The notes under the pieces were generated by a model. It searched no databases. It saw only the letters and a list, made by a program, of their open reading frames with translations, and was not told the origin of the DNA. A stretch of DNA of 64,000 bases from Candidatus Daviesbacteria bacterium RIFCSPLOWO2_01_FULL_39_23. Lineage in GTDB: Bacteria > Patescibacteriota > Microgenomatia > Daviesbacterales > UBA10151. Made by a program: the position numbers and the translations under genes. Shown piece after piece: positions 46,497-56,143 of this stretch. Position 1 is the first letter of the stretch; every line of letters begins with the position of its first letter. The stretch lies in NCBI GenBank assembly GCA_001776935.1, contig MFDN01000015.1:30130-94129 (forward strand). The letters run 5' to 3'.

Positions 46497-47198
46497 TTAG
46501 CCTCTTGTAACTATACATTTAGGGCATCTTAAGGATTCCAGCTCAAAAATTTTGGCTTTTTCCTCAGATAGCTTAAATGTAATCTGGGATCCTTCATCCA
46601 CTTTCAATAAATCAGGGTTATTATCAAAAGATAGTGTGGCAGTTCCCCGTATTAATTTAAAAGTCACCTTATCGTTATCTTTAAAAAAGGAAGGAGCAGT
46701 TTTTTCAGTTGTATTATTAAAGGCAATCCCAAATCCGCTTTTGAAAGTTTTTCCTGTAATGCTTTTAAAATAACCTGTGGAGCCAAAAGGGGTTGATAAA
46801 ACTATGCCGTCTCCGATTAAGAGTTTTTCTTCTTGATTGGTCTTGAACCGAATAGTGTGAATAGGCGTTGCATTTCTTATTACAAAATCATTCAAGGCCA
46901 AAAGTTTTTGATAAAAAATTGTAGTCTCAAGTTTTGAATACTGCTTAATTTTTAGCCTGCCTTCTGCTAAGTTTTTTAGTAAAACTTCTTCTTTATGGTC
47001 AGGGCATTTTTTGCAAACAAGGCTGTTTCTGATAGGAAGCTTTGGAATGCCCGGATAAGTTCGCTCTGAAGAAAGCAGGGTGCCGTCTCCTCCGTAACTA
47101 ATGACAGCATCAGGATTTAATGCCGTTATCTCGAAGCCGAAACTTTTTACTAAATCTTCTATATCTTTGGAATTTTTACCAGTTAACAACACTTTCAT
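46497..47198 (-). CDS. NAD kinase
   Basis: GGDGT, LND, GDG, STPFGSTGY. Confidence 0.88.
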   Translation of the reverse strand: MKVLLTGKNSKDIEDLVKSFGFEITALNPDAVISYGGDGTLLSSERTYPGIPKLPIRNSLVCKKCPDHKEEVLLKNLAEGRLKIKQYSKLETTIFYQKLLALNDFVIRNATPIHTIRFKTNQEEKLLIGDGIVLSTPFGSTGYFKSITGKTFKSGFGIAFNNTTEKTAPSFFKDNDKVTFKLIRGTATLSFDNNPDLLKVDEGSQITFKLSEEKAKIFELESLRCPKCIVTRG

Positions 47199-47253
47199 GG
47201 CCTAATGATACTATAAATTTTGCCAAAAAGTGCGTATACTGGGTTACATCATT

Positions 47254-47302
47254 TGTCATTCTGATCCGCCAGCAACTACGTAGCTGTGGGCGGATCAGAA
47301 TG
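47254..47302. repeat. 14-bp-stem hairpin with a TGTCATTCTGA end, upstream of the MFS gene
   Basis: cattctgatccgcc / ggcggatcagaatg. Confidence 0.75.
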
Positions 47303-47311
47303 CAGAGGATT

Positions 47312-48550
47312 ATGAGTAAAACCTTATCTTTTCCGGCTCTAAGAGTGCCTGTTTTTAGAAATTATTTATTTGGAGCATTTATCTCCGAGATGGGGAATCA
47401 GATGCAGACAGTGGCTGTGGCCTGGCAGATTTATGAACTGACTAGAAATCCGCTTTATTTGGGGTTAATAGGTGTGGCAAATTTCGTACCCATCATGATT
47501 TTTTCCTTATTTGGAGGGTTGGCAGCGGACAAGTTAGACAGAAGAAAACTCTTAATTTGCAGTTTATTTGTACAAACCGTAATGGCTTTGATACTTTTTT
47601 ATCTAAGCCAAACAAATCAAATCAGTCCAACTTTAATTTATTTAATCCTGTTTTTTGTGGCAACTGCCCAGTCTTTTTCCGTTCCGGCCCGTTCCGCTAT
47701 TTTCCCAAATCTGGTGCCCAGGCAATTTTTTATGAATGCAGTTTCTTTGCATACCCTGCAATTCCAATCAGCCACCCTAATCGGTCCGGCTGTAGCCGGT
47801 TTTTTAATTGCGGGACTGAGTGTTTCTACAGTTTATCTGGTTAATGCATTCTCTTTTACATTTTTTATAGTCAGCGTTTTGTTAATTAAAGTTCCGGTTT
47901 TCAACCACGATAAAATAGTGGCATTTAATTTGAATTCTTTAAAAGAGGGTGTTAAGTTTGTGATTTCTACCCCGATATTATATTCCACGATGGTTTTGGA
48001 CTTTTTAGCTACCTTTTTTGGAACAGCTACCATTTTAATGCCGGTTTTTGCCAAAGATGTCTTACAGGTGGGGCCAGCCGGTTTGGGATTATTATATTCA
48101 GCTCCTGCCGTCGGCGGGGTGGCCGCAGGATTGATTTTATCTTCATTAAACAATATCAAAAATCAGGGAAAAATAATCCTGGGTGCTGTGTTGCTGTATG
48201 GGGCAGCCACCATAGGATTTGGGATGTCTAAGTTTTTACCATTATCAATATTTTTCCTGATTCTGGTAGGGCTTGGAGATATGACTTCCTCCATTGTCCG
48301 AAATACGGTAAGGCAGATGATAACGCCGGATCACCTAAGAGGCAGAATGGTTTCCATTATGAGGCTTTTCTTTCAGGGCGGGCCCCAGCTTGGGGAAATT
48401 GAAGCCGGATTTTTAGCCAAAGTCATTGGCGGCCCGGCTACGGTTGTAGTCGGAGGGGTAGGGGTAATCCTCATTACCTCCTTAATTGCCTGGAAAAATA
48501 AGAGTTTAAGGAATTTTCATCATGGAAAAGATGACAATTTAGTGACTTGA
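47312..48550 (+). CDS. MFS transporter (MFS_3/EntS-like)
   Basis: GGLAADKLDRR, TPDHLRGR; about 12 TM; start MSKT assumed. Confidence 0.88.
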   Translation: MSKTLSFPALRVPVFRNYLFGAFISEMGNQMQTVAVAWQIYELTRNPLYLGLIGVANFVPIMIFSLFGGLAADKLDRRKLLICSLFVQTVMALILFYLSQTNQISPTLIYLILFFVATAQSFSVPARSAIFPNLVPRQFFMNAVSLHTLQFQSATLIGPAVAGFLIAGLSVSTVYLVNAFSFTFFIVSVLLIKVPVFNHDKIVAFNLNSLKEGVKFVISTPILYSTMVLDFLATFFGTATILMPVFAKDVLQVGPAGLGLLYSAPAVGGVAAGLILSSLNNIKNQGKIILGAVLLYGAATIGFGMSKFLPLSIFFLILVGLGDMTSSIVRNTVRQMITPDHLRGRMVSIMRLFFQGGPQLGEIEAGFLAKVIGGPATVVVGGVGVILITSLIAWKNKSLRNFHHGKDDNLVT

Positions 48551-48560
48551 AATTGAAGTA

Positions 48561-48597
48561 TTGACAAATATTAGCACTCATGATATGTTACTGCTAA
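48561..48597 (+). promoter_or_regulatory. Sigma70-type promoter overlapped by a degenerate CIRCE
   Basis: TTGACA 48561; TTAGCACTC-N9-TACTGCTAA at 48571-48597. Confidence 0.88.
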
Positions 48598-48598
48598 C

Positions 48599-49327
48599 AT
48601 GACCGAGCTAAGCGAGCGGCAACAGGCGCTTTTAAAAGCAATAATTGAAGAATATATTGAGGCCGCAGAACCTGTAGGTTCAGAGGTTATTGAAAGAAAA
48701 CATACTTTAGGCGTCTCCCCTGCCACCATTAGAATTGAAATGGGACGCTTGACTGATATGGGATACTTGCGTCAGCCTCACACCTCTGCGGGTAGAACCC
48801 CGACTTCCATGGGCATGAAATTTTATATCTCTCAGCTGATGAAAGAAAAGACTCTGCCTGTGACAGCAGAAGTTTCCATTAAAGAGCGGATGATGTCCCA
48901 AAGATATAAGCAGGAAAGGCTGCTAAAAGAAGCTGTTTCTGCTTTAGCGCAAAGGCTGGATATGCTGGGGCTTGCTATTGATGATGCCGGTCAGCTGTAT
49001 TATGCCGGCGCCGCAAACATATTAGACTGGCCGGAGTTTTACGATATTGATGTAGCGCGGTTTGTATTGTCGCTTTTTGATGAGTGTCCACGTCTGCAGG
49101 AAATTATAGGAAGGGCAGTAGGGCCTGACCCGGTTCATATTCTTTTTGGCGAGGATATGGAGTTTGAATATCTGCGTTCAACAAGTTTTGTCTTTACAAA
49201 ATATGACTTGAACGCAGCTAAAGATGGAATCATTGGTGTAATCGGGCCGGCTAGGATGAATTTCCCGCTGGTTTTGCCTTATGTAAAATATGTCAGAGAT
49301 TTACTGGTGGAGGCAGGAAGAAGTTAA
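48599..49327 (+). CDS. hrcA: Heat-inducible repressor HrcA
   Basis: EPVGS, VSPATIR, QPHTSAGRTPT, GVIGPARM. Confidence 0.95.
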   Translation: MTELSERQQALLKAIIEEYIEAAEPVGSEVIERKHTLGVSPATIRIEMGRLTDMGYLRQPHTSAGRTPTSMGMKFYISQLMKEKTLPVTAEVSIKERMMSQRYKQERLLKEAVSALAQRLDMLGLAIDDAGQLYYAGAANILDWPEFYDIDVARFVLSLFDECPRLQEIIGRAVGPDPVHILFGEDMEFEYLRSTSFVFTKYDLNAAKDGIIGVIGPARMNFPLVLPYVKYVRDLLVEAGRS

Positions 49328-49330
49328 GTT

Positions 49331-49894
49331 ATGAGTAAAAAACAGGACGAAAGCCAAAATATTAATGTGGAAGAGTTTGAAAAACTGCAAACAGAGTTTA
49401 ATAATTTGCAAACTTTAACAACTCAACTGGAAGGGCAATTAAAAAGAGCAGTAGCTGACTATCATAATTTGGAAAAAAGAGTTGCAGAAGGACGGTCTGA
49501 ATTGACAAGATGGGGAACCAGTGCATTATTAACGCGGATTTTGCCTGTTTTAGATCATTTGGAAAAGGTGGTCGACTTTGGTCGGCCAGCCTTGAGCGAG
49601 CGAAGCGAGTCGAAGGACTGGTTTAAGGGAGTAGAAATGGCGGTAAAGGAACTTACAGGGGTTTTGCAATCCGAAGGCCTGGAACAAATTGCAGCAGATG
49701 GACAGTTTGACCCCAATATGCATGAGGCTCTTGACACAAGGGAGGGTGAGGATAATAAAATATTAGAGGTTGTTAAAAAGGGGTATACTTTAAACGGAAA
49801 AGTCTTAAGACCAGCTGGGGTAGTAGTTGGTAGAAAGCAAGAATCAAGCAATGAGAATCAAGAATTAAGGAAGGAGAAAGAAACTAGTCTCTAG
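49331..49894 (+). CDS. grpE: Nucleotide exchange factor GrpE
   Basis: ADYHN, LPVLD, FDPNMHEA, GYTLNGKVLRPA. Confidence 0.95.
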   Translation: MSKKQDESQNINVEEFEKLQTEFNNLQTLTTQLEGQLKRAVADYHNLEKRVAEGRSELTRWGTSALLTRILPVLDHLEKVVDFGRPALSERSESKDWFKGVEMAVKELTGVLQSEGLEQIAADGQFDPNMHEALDTREGEDNKILEVVKKGYTLNGKVLRPAGVVVGRKQESSNENQELRKEKETSL

Positions 49895-49914
49895 ACTCTA
49901 GCGACTAGTCACTA
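49838..49914. repeat. Two 7-mer arrays at the grpE 3' end and grpE-dnaK junction
   Basis: caagaat caagcaa tgagaat caagaat; ctagtct ctagact ctagcga ctagtca. Confidence 0.7.
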
Positions 49915-49920
49915 AACAAT

Positions 49921-51882
49921 ATGGCTAAAATTGTAGGAATAGATTTAGGAACAACTAATAGCTGTGTGGCAGTCATGGAAGGCGGAAAACCAAAAGTAAT
50001 CCATTCTGCTGAAGGGGAAAATATTATCCCCTCTGTTGTTAATCCCTTAAAAAATGTGGTCGGCCGCGTTGCCAAACGTCAGGCAATTGTTAACCCCAAA
50101 GAAACAATTTTTTCTATCAAAAGACTGATGGGTCGCAAGTTTAAAGACCCGGAGGTGCAAAGAGATATTAAATGGCTTCCATACACCATCAAAGAAGGAC
50201 GCGAAGGGATGGCAGTTGTGGAAGTGGAGGGTCATGAATACACCCCGCAGGAAATTTCTGCTCAGATTTTACAAAAAATAAAAGCAGATGCAGAATCCTA
50301 TTTAGGAGAAAAAGTCACTGATGTGGTAATTACTGTGCCGGCTTACTTTGATGATGCCCAAAGGCAGGCCACCAAACAGGCAGGAGAGATTGCCGGGTTA
50401 AATGTCCAAAGAATTATTAATGAGCCGACTGCTGCAGCTTTGGCATATGGTTTGGATAAATCCCACGCCCACACCATTGCTGTTTATGATCTGGGAGGCG
50501 GAACCTTTGATATTTCCATTTTGGAGCTTGGAGACGGGGTAATTGAGGTAAAATCCACTAACGGCGATACCCACTTGGGCGGGGATGATTTTGATCAGGT
50601 TATTTTAGACTTTCTGGCAGAGGAGTTTAAAAAAGAACAGGGTATTGATCTAAAAGGCGACCGGCAGGCTTTGCAAAGGTTACGTGATGCAGCGGAAAAA
50701 GCCAAAATTGAATTGTCCTCTACTCAGGAAGCGTCAATTTCTATTCCATTTGTAACTGCAGACTCTTCCGGACCAAAGCATCTGGAGATGAGGCTGTCCC
50801 GGGCAAAACTTGAGGCTATGGTTAAGCCTTTGATTGATAAAACCTTTGAAGCGGTAAAGGCTGCCTTAAAAGATGCTAAACTGGAAGCTTCCAAAATTGA
50901 TGAGGTAGTTTTGGTAGGAGGAATGACAAGGATGCCTTCGGTACAAAAGGCTGTCCAGGATTTCTTTGGCAAAGAACCACACAAAGGCATAAACCCGGAT
51001 GAGGTAGTAGCAGTGGGCGCAGCAATTCAGGGAGGAGTTTTAGGCGGGGAAGTTAAAGATGTTTTGCTTTTGGACGTAACACCTTTAACTTTAGGCATTG
51101 AAACTTTGGGAGGAGTTAGAACCCCTCTTATTTCCAGAAATACCACAATTCCCTCTTCTAAATCAGAAGTTTTCTCAACTGCTGCTGATAACCAAACTTC
51201 GGTGGAAATCAATGTCTTGCAGGGGGAGAGGGAAATGGCTGCGGATAATAAATCCTTAGGTAAATTTATCCTTGATGGGATTCCGCCTTCGCCCCGGGGA
51301 GCGCCGCAGGTAGAGGTGACTTTTGACATTGATGCCAATGGAATTTTAAATGTGACAGCGCATGATAAAGCCACCGGCAAAAAACAAAATATTACCATCA
51401 CCGGTTCCACAGGACTTTCAAAAGATGAAGTAGAAAAGATGACTAAGGAAGCTGAGGCTCATGCTGAAGAAGACAGGAAGAAGAAAGAAGAAGTGGAAAT
51501 CAGGAATCAGGCAGATACTTTGGTCTTTACAGCGGAAAGAACTTTAAAAGATGCCGGAGATAAGGTAGATCCTCAGATAAGAACAGACGTAGAGCAAAAG
51601 CTAAATGATCTAAAAGGCGTTATCCAGACAGCTTCTCCTGAGGATCTGAAGCCTAAGATGGAAGCACTATCAGAAGTTTTGCAAAAAGTGGGAGCTGCTA
51701 TGTATCAACAACAGGGTCAGCAAGGTCCGCAAGCAGCGGGGGAGCAGTCTGCCGGCGAGCAACCTGTCGGTGATGAACAGCCAAAAGAAGAAGCTCCTAA
51801 AACAGAGGACGCGTCATCTGAGACTGGCGCGAAAGAGGAAGCTGTAGAAGGTGAAGTGGTGGAGGAAGAAAAGAAAGACTAG
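49921..51882 (+). CDS. dnaK: Chaperone DnaK
   Basis: [25 protein letters not shown]. Confidence 0.98.
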   Translation: MAKIVGIDLGTTNSCVAVMEGGKPKVIHSAEGENIIPSVVNPLKNVVGRVAKRQAIVNPKETIFSIKRLMGRKFKDPEVQRDIKWLPYTIKEGREGMAVVEVEGHEYTPQEISAQILQKIKADAESYLGEKVTDVVITVPAYFDDAQRQATKQAGEIAGLNVQRIINEPTAAALAYGLDKSHAHTIAVYDLGGGTFDISILELGDGVIEVKSTNGDTHLGGDDFDQVILDFLAEEFKKEQGIDLKGDRQALQRLRDAAEKAKIELSSTQEASISIPFVTADSSGPKHLEMRLSRAKLEAMVKPLIDKTFEAVKAALKDAKLEASKIDEVVLVGGMTRMPSVQKAVQDFFGKEPHKGINPDEVVAVGAAIQGGVLGGEVKDVLLLDVTPLTLGIETLGGVRTPLISRNTTIPSSKSEVFSTAADNQTSVEINVLQGEREMAADNKSLGKFILDGIPPSPRGAPQVEVTFDIDANGILNVTAHDKATGKKQNITITGSTGLSKDEVEKMTKEAEAHAEEDRKKKEEVEIRNQADTLVFTAERTLKDAGDKVDPQIRTDVEQKLNDLKGVIQTASPEDLKPKMEALSEVLQKVGAAMYQQQGQQGPQAAGEQSAGEQPVGDEQPKEEAPKTEDASSETGAKEEAVEGEVVEEEKKD

Positions 51883-51913
51883 TAGTTAGAGTCTAGAGTT
51901 AAGAGTTTGGAAT

Positions 51914-51937
51914 GCCTCGGGCAACCGGGGCTTTTTT
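51914..51937 (+). terminator. Intrinsic terminator after dnaK
   Basis: gcctcgg-gcaa-ccggggc followed by T6. Confidence 0.85.
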
Positions 51938-52025
51938 AATCTGAAGATGTACAATGTATAATGAGCAATCTATATGGCTACAAAAAGAGATTTAGATCGA
52001 AGATCGCAAGATTTTTTACTAATAT

Positions 52026-52982
52026 ATGAGTAAAAGAGATTATTACGAAATATTGGGGATAACTAAAAGTGCTTCGGAGGCAGAGGTAAAATCTGCTTAC
52101 AGAAAACTGGCCAGGAAGCATCACCCGGATATAGATAAATCAGCCGGAGCAGCTGAAAGGTTTAAGGAACTAGGGGAGGCATACCAGGTTTTATCTGATC
52201 CGCAAAAGAAACAGGCTTATGATCAGTTTGGACACGCGGCTTTTGATAGGTCTGCAGGCTTTGGAGGAGGAGCGCCTGGTGGAGCAGGCGGGTTTAATCC
52301 TTTTGGCGGAGGTGGAGGATTTAAAACTTATTCATGGTCCTCTGGGGGTGGTAATCCCTTCGGTTCCGCTCAGGGCGGGCCGAATATCCAGTTTGATTTT
52401 GGGGGATTTGAGGATCCGTTTGAGCTGTTTGAACAAATTTTCGGCGGAGGAGGTTCGCCTTTTGGGGGATTACACCGCCGGCCGGTCTACCAGCTTAATT
52501 TAACTTTTGAGGAAGCAATCACCGGTGTAACAAAAGAAGTAGAAGTAGAATCAAGGACAGCAGAAGGCAGGGTGCAACGGCGGAGGATGAAAATTAAGGT
52601 TCCGGCAGGAGTGGATAATGGAACAAAAATGAGGTTTGGAGATATGGATATTGTGTTTAATGTTGCCAGAACCTCAAAGTTTATACGTGAAGGGGCTGAT
52701 ATTTTTTCCGAGATTACGGTTAATATTCCACAACTTGTTTTAGGGGATATTTTTGAAGTAGAAACAGTTCAGGAGAAGGTAAAGGTACGGGTTCCGCCAG
52801 GTACTCAGCCAGGTTCTCTGGTTAAATTAAAAGGTAAAGGTGTATCAAGGTTGGGTGCAGCCGGCCGGGGGGATCATTATGTCAGAGTAAACTTAAATGT
52901 GCCTCAGCATCCCTCAAAAGAAGAAAAACAGCTTTATGAAGAATTAAAAAACTTGTCTTCAAAAAAGAAAAGCTGGTTTTAA
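52026..52982 (+). CDS. dnaJ: DnaJ-class chaperone without zinc finger (class II)
   Basis: J domain with HPD, G/F region, C-terminal domain; no CxxCxGxG. Confidence 0.88.
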   Translation: MSKRDYYEILGITKSASEAEVKSAYRKLARKHHPDIDKSAGAAERFKELGEAYQVLSDPQKKQAYDQFGHAAFDRSAGFGGGAPGGAGGFNPFGGGGGFKTYSWSSGGGNPFGSAQGGPNIQFDFGGFEDPFELFEQIFGGGGSPFGGLHRRPVYQLNLTFEEAITGVTKEVEVESRTAEGRVQRRRMKIKVPAGVDNGTKMRFGDMDIVFNVARTSKFIREGADIFSEITVNIPQLVLGDIFEVETVQEKVKVRVPPGTQPGSLVKLKGKGVSRLGAAGRGDHYVRVNLNVPQHPSKEEKQLYEELKNLSSKKKSWF

Positions 52983-52996
52983 CTTAATTTTAAAAG

Positions 52997-53078
52997 TTGA
53001 CTTCAATTTGGGAAAGATTTAGAATACAGATGTTAATAATCAAGGGACCTGAAAGGTGGGCTAGTCCCACCTTTTTTT
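52997..53078 (+). promoter_or_regulatory. nusA promoter and leader terminator (rimP-leader-like attenuator)
   Basis: TTGACT-17-TAGAAT; aaaggtggg-ctagt-cccaccttt with T run. Confidence 0.75.
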
Positions 53079-53093
53079 AAGCTAAAGCTTAAA

Positions 53094-53171
53094 AATGATC
53101 AAGTACCAAATAACAAGATACAAACAAAATTTAAATTTGTTTGGAAACTTGTATTTTGAAATTTGATTATT
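53094..53171. repeat. Inverted pair of degenerate 7-mer arrays in the nusA leader
   Basis: aatgatcaagtaccaaataacaagatacaaac ... gtttggaaacttgtattttgaaatttgattatt. Confidence 0.6.
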
Positions 53172-53188
53172 ACAACCGAAGGGAGTTT

Positions 53189-54481
53189 ATGGCACAAGCT
53201 AGAACAGAATTTGCAGCAGCGTTAAATCAAATCGCCTCTGAAAAAGGGGTTGACTCTGAGGTGGTTTTAGATGCCATCAGGTTTGCCGCCTTGGCTGCGT
53301 ATAAAAAGGATTTGATGCTTCGTAATGAACCAGTTCCTGAAGACTTTGAGAAATTTATTTCAAAAGTGGACCCAGTAACCGGGGAAATATCCATTTATGA
53401 CGGGGATAAAAATGTTACTCCTCCGGGATTTGCCCGGATTGCTGCCTCCATTGCCAAACAGGTGATAATGCAAAGGCTGAATGAAGCAGAAAGAGGCACA
53501 ATTTTGGCAGAATATGAAGGTAAGGTTGGAACTGTTATTTCAGGCAGCATACAAAGACAGGAAGGAAATACTTTTTTTATAGATTTAGGCAGGGCAGAAG
53601 GCATTTTGCCGCCATCAGAACAGGTTCATACGGAAGGTTATCATCAAAATCAGAGATTAAAGTTTTTGGTTAAAGAAATCCGTGAAGGCGGCAGGGGTGG
53701 AGCTGAGATTGTTGTTTCCAGATCAGATCCGAATTTGGTGAAAGCGCTTTTTGCTCTTGAAGTGCCGGAAATTCAATCAGGAGCCTGTGATATTAAAGTT
53801 ATCGCAAGAGAGGCAGGCTCAAGGACTAAAATTGCCGCTTTTTCTTCACAAGACGGGGTTGATCCGGTTGGATCTTTAGTAGGGCAAAAAGGAGTCAGGG
53901 TGCAGGCTGTGATAAGTGAATTAGGCGAAGAAAAGATTGATATTATAAGTTATTCTGACGATCCGGCCAGATTTATCGCAGCTGCTCTGTCTCCTGCAAA
54001 AGATATTCAAGTTAGTTTAAATGAAAAAGATAAAATAGCCACAGTTACAGTTCCGCAGAATCAGCTTTCTCTGGCAATCGGAAAAGGCGGACAAAATGTC
54101 CGGCTTGCCGCTAAATTAACCGGCTGGAAGATTGATATTGAAGGAGCAGAAGAGCCGGAAGTTGCTAAAGAAGAAGCCAGGCCGGAGAGCGAAGCCGTAA
54201 AGGAAGATGTAGCAGCAAAGACTGGTGAGAAAAAAGAAAAAGCACAAAGTGAACCCGTTCCCGCAGAGGACGCAAAAATAACAGAAAATAAAGAGCAAGC
54301 GAAAGAGGCTATAGAAGAAGAGGTTTCTGAAGCTGAGGAAAATGCAACAACTGCTAAAGAGAAAATAGCAGCAGAGGAAGCAGGGGAAGTTTTAGAAAAA
54401 GCAGTTGATGAAGAAAACCCCCAGCAGGAAAAACAGCAACTGGAAGAAGCAATTGGAGAATCAGGTACGGGTAGTCAGTAG
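53189..54481 (+). CDS. nusA: Transcription factor NusA
   Basis: FARIAA..AKQVI.Q, REAGSRTKIA, AIGKGGQNVRLAAKLTGWKIDI; SD before ATG 53189. Confidence 0.95.
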   Translation: MAQARTEFAAALNQIASEKGVDSEVVLDAIRFAALAAYKKDLMLRNEPVPEDFEKFISKVDPVTGEISIYDGDKNVTPPGFARIAASIAKQVIMQRLNEAERGTILAEYEGKVGTVISGSIQRQEGNTFFIDLGRAEGILPPSEQVHTEGYHQNQRLKFLVKEIREGGRGGAEIVVSRSDPNLVKALFALEVPEIQSGACDIKVIAREAGSRTKIAAFSSQDGVDPVGSLVGQKGVRVQAVISELGEEKIDIISYSDDPARFIAAALSPAKDIQVSLNEKDKIATVTVPQNQLSLAIGKGGQNVRLAAKLTGWKIDIEGAEEPEVAKEEARPESEAVKEDVAAKTGEKKEKAQSEPVPAEDAKITENKEQAKEAIEEEVSEAEENATTAKEKIAAEEAGEVLEKAVDEENPQQEKQQLEEAIGESGTGSQ

Positions 54482-54565
54482 TATGTATTAAGTATTATGT
54501 ATTAAGGGTATGAAAACATTGAATTTATTATTTCCCATAATACTAACTGCTTGATACTTAATACT
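54477..54565. repeat. Inverted pair of 7-mer arrays between nusA and infB
   Basis: agtagtatgtattaagtattatgtattaaggg ... cccataatactaactgcttgatacttaatact. Confidence 0.8.
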
Positions 54566-54597
54566 TTCTCGGTATCGAAAGGAGAAAATAATTAAGT

Positions 54598-56046
54598 ATG
54601 AGTGAAATTAACAGATCACCTATCGTAACAATCCTTGGCCATGTTGATCATGGCAAAACTACGCTTTTGGATTTTATCCGTAAATCTTCTGTGGCTGCAA
54701 AAGAACACGGAGGAATTACTCAACATATTGGTGCATATCAAATTCCCCACAACTCCAATCTAATCACCTTTATTGATACTCCCGGGCATGCGGCTTTTGA
54801 AAAAATGCGCTCCCGGGGGGCCAAAGTGGCAGATATTGCTATCCTAGTTGTGGCTGTTGATGATGGAATTATGCCTCAAACTGAGGAAGCTATAAAGCAT
54901 ATTAAAGGGGCAAAAGTGCCAATTATTGTGGCTGTTAATAAGGTGGATCTGCCGGGTGTTAATACCAAAGTTCAGCTTGATAAGATAAAAAAACAATTGT
55001 CTGACAGGGAAATTATGCCGGAAGAATATGGGGGAGATGTGCCTGTGGTGCCGCTTTCTGCAAAAACAGGTGAAGGCGTAGACAAGCTTCTGGAGATGAT
55101 TTTGCTGGTTGCAGAAATGAACGAATTAAAGGGCGATCCTGCTTTGCCTGCCGCCGGCGTAGTGATTGAATCTAATTTGGATAAATTTAAGGGGCCTGTG
55201 GCCAGCATCTTAATAAGAAACGGAACTCTCAAAAAAGGAGATCAAATAACAATAGGCGGAGTAAAAAGTAAAGTCAGGGGTATGTTTGATTCCAATGGTA
55301 AATCTGTGGATTCTGCTGGCCCATCTGTTCCTGTAGAAGTTCTTGGACTGGAGGCTGTGCCGCAAGTTGGGGCAGTATTGGGAGAGCTTGCAGAAGTAAA
55401 AGAAGCTGAAGCGATTCAGTCTTTGGTGGACAGGCTTAAGCAAGGGGATGCAAAATCCCTAAAAGTGGTTATTAAAGCTGATAAGCAGGGGTCTTTGGAG
55501 GCAATTGAAGCATCTTTGGATAAATTTAATGTTGAGAGAAAAATAGTGACTGTAATTTCTAGCGGTACCGGAGATATAGGAGAGGAGAATATTAAACTTG
55601 CTGCAACTGTGGGAGCTATCGTAATCGGTTTTAACGTTAAAATCTCCTCTTCTGCGCAAAAACTTGCAGAAAACGAGCATGTTTTAATAAGAAATTACAA
55701 TATTATTTATGAACTTTTGGAAGATGTGGAAGAGGTTGTAAATACTTTACTTGAGGTTGGGCAACTGGAAGAAGTTTTAGGCAAAGCCAATATTATTGCA
55801 GAGTTTCCGCACGGTAAAAATGAAAAGATTGCCGGTTGCAGAATGATAGAGGGAATTATTGCTAAAGGACAAAAAATCAGGGTTGTGCGGGAAGGGCAAA
55901 AAATTGGCGAAACAAAGCTTAAATCATTGAAAAAAGTCAAAGAAGAAGTAAATAAAGTGGAAAAGGGTAATGACTGCGGGATGCTTTTTGATCCTCCGGT
56001 TGATTTTGCAATCGGCGATACCGTCGAATCCTTCAGGGTAATTTAA
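54598..56046 (+). CDS. infB: Translation initiation factor IF-2 (short form)
   Basis: GHVDHGKTTLLD, GGITQHIGAY, DTPGHAAF. Confidence 0.96.
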   Translation: MSEINRSPIVTILGHVDHGKTTLLDFIRKSSVAAKEHGGITQHIGAYQIPHNSNLITFIDTPGHAAFEKMRSRGAKVADIAILVVAVDDGIMPQTEEAIKHIKGAKVPIIVAVNKVDLPGVNTKVQLDKIKKQLSDREIMPEEYGGDVPVVPLSAKTGEGVDKLLEMILLVAEMNELKGDPALPAAGVVIESNLDKFKGPVASILIRNGTLKKGDQITIGGVKSKVRGMFDSNGKSVDSAGPSVPVEVLGLEAVPQVGAVLGELAEVKEAEAIQSLVDRLKQGDAKSLKVVIKADKQGSLEAIEASLDKFNVERKIVTVISSGTGDIGEENIKLAATVGAIVIGFNVKISSSAQKLAENEHVLIRNYNIIYELLEDVEEVVNTLLEVGQLEEVLGKANIIAEFPHGKNEKIAGCRMIEGIIAKGQKIRVVREGQKIGETKLKSLKKVKEEVNKVEKGNDCGMLFDPPVDFAIGDTVESFRVI

Positions 56047-56143
56047 GCACACTTGATTTTTATAGACGTGGACTGTAATAGTCTACGCAAAGCCTTGACT
56101 ATTATGGGCTAGTGGTGGTAGAATTGGCCTGTTTCTAAAATAT

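Noticed and set aside
54477-54565. Possible CRISPR array
   Set aside because: Units are 7 nt with no spacers, and no cas genes are in the window.
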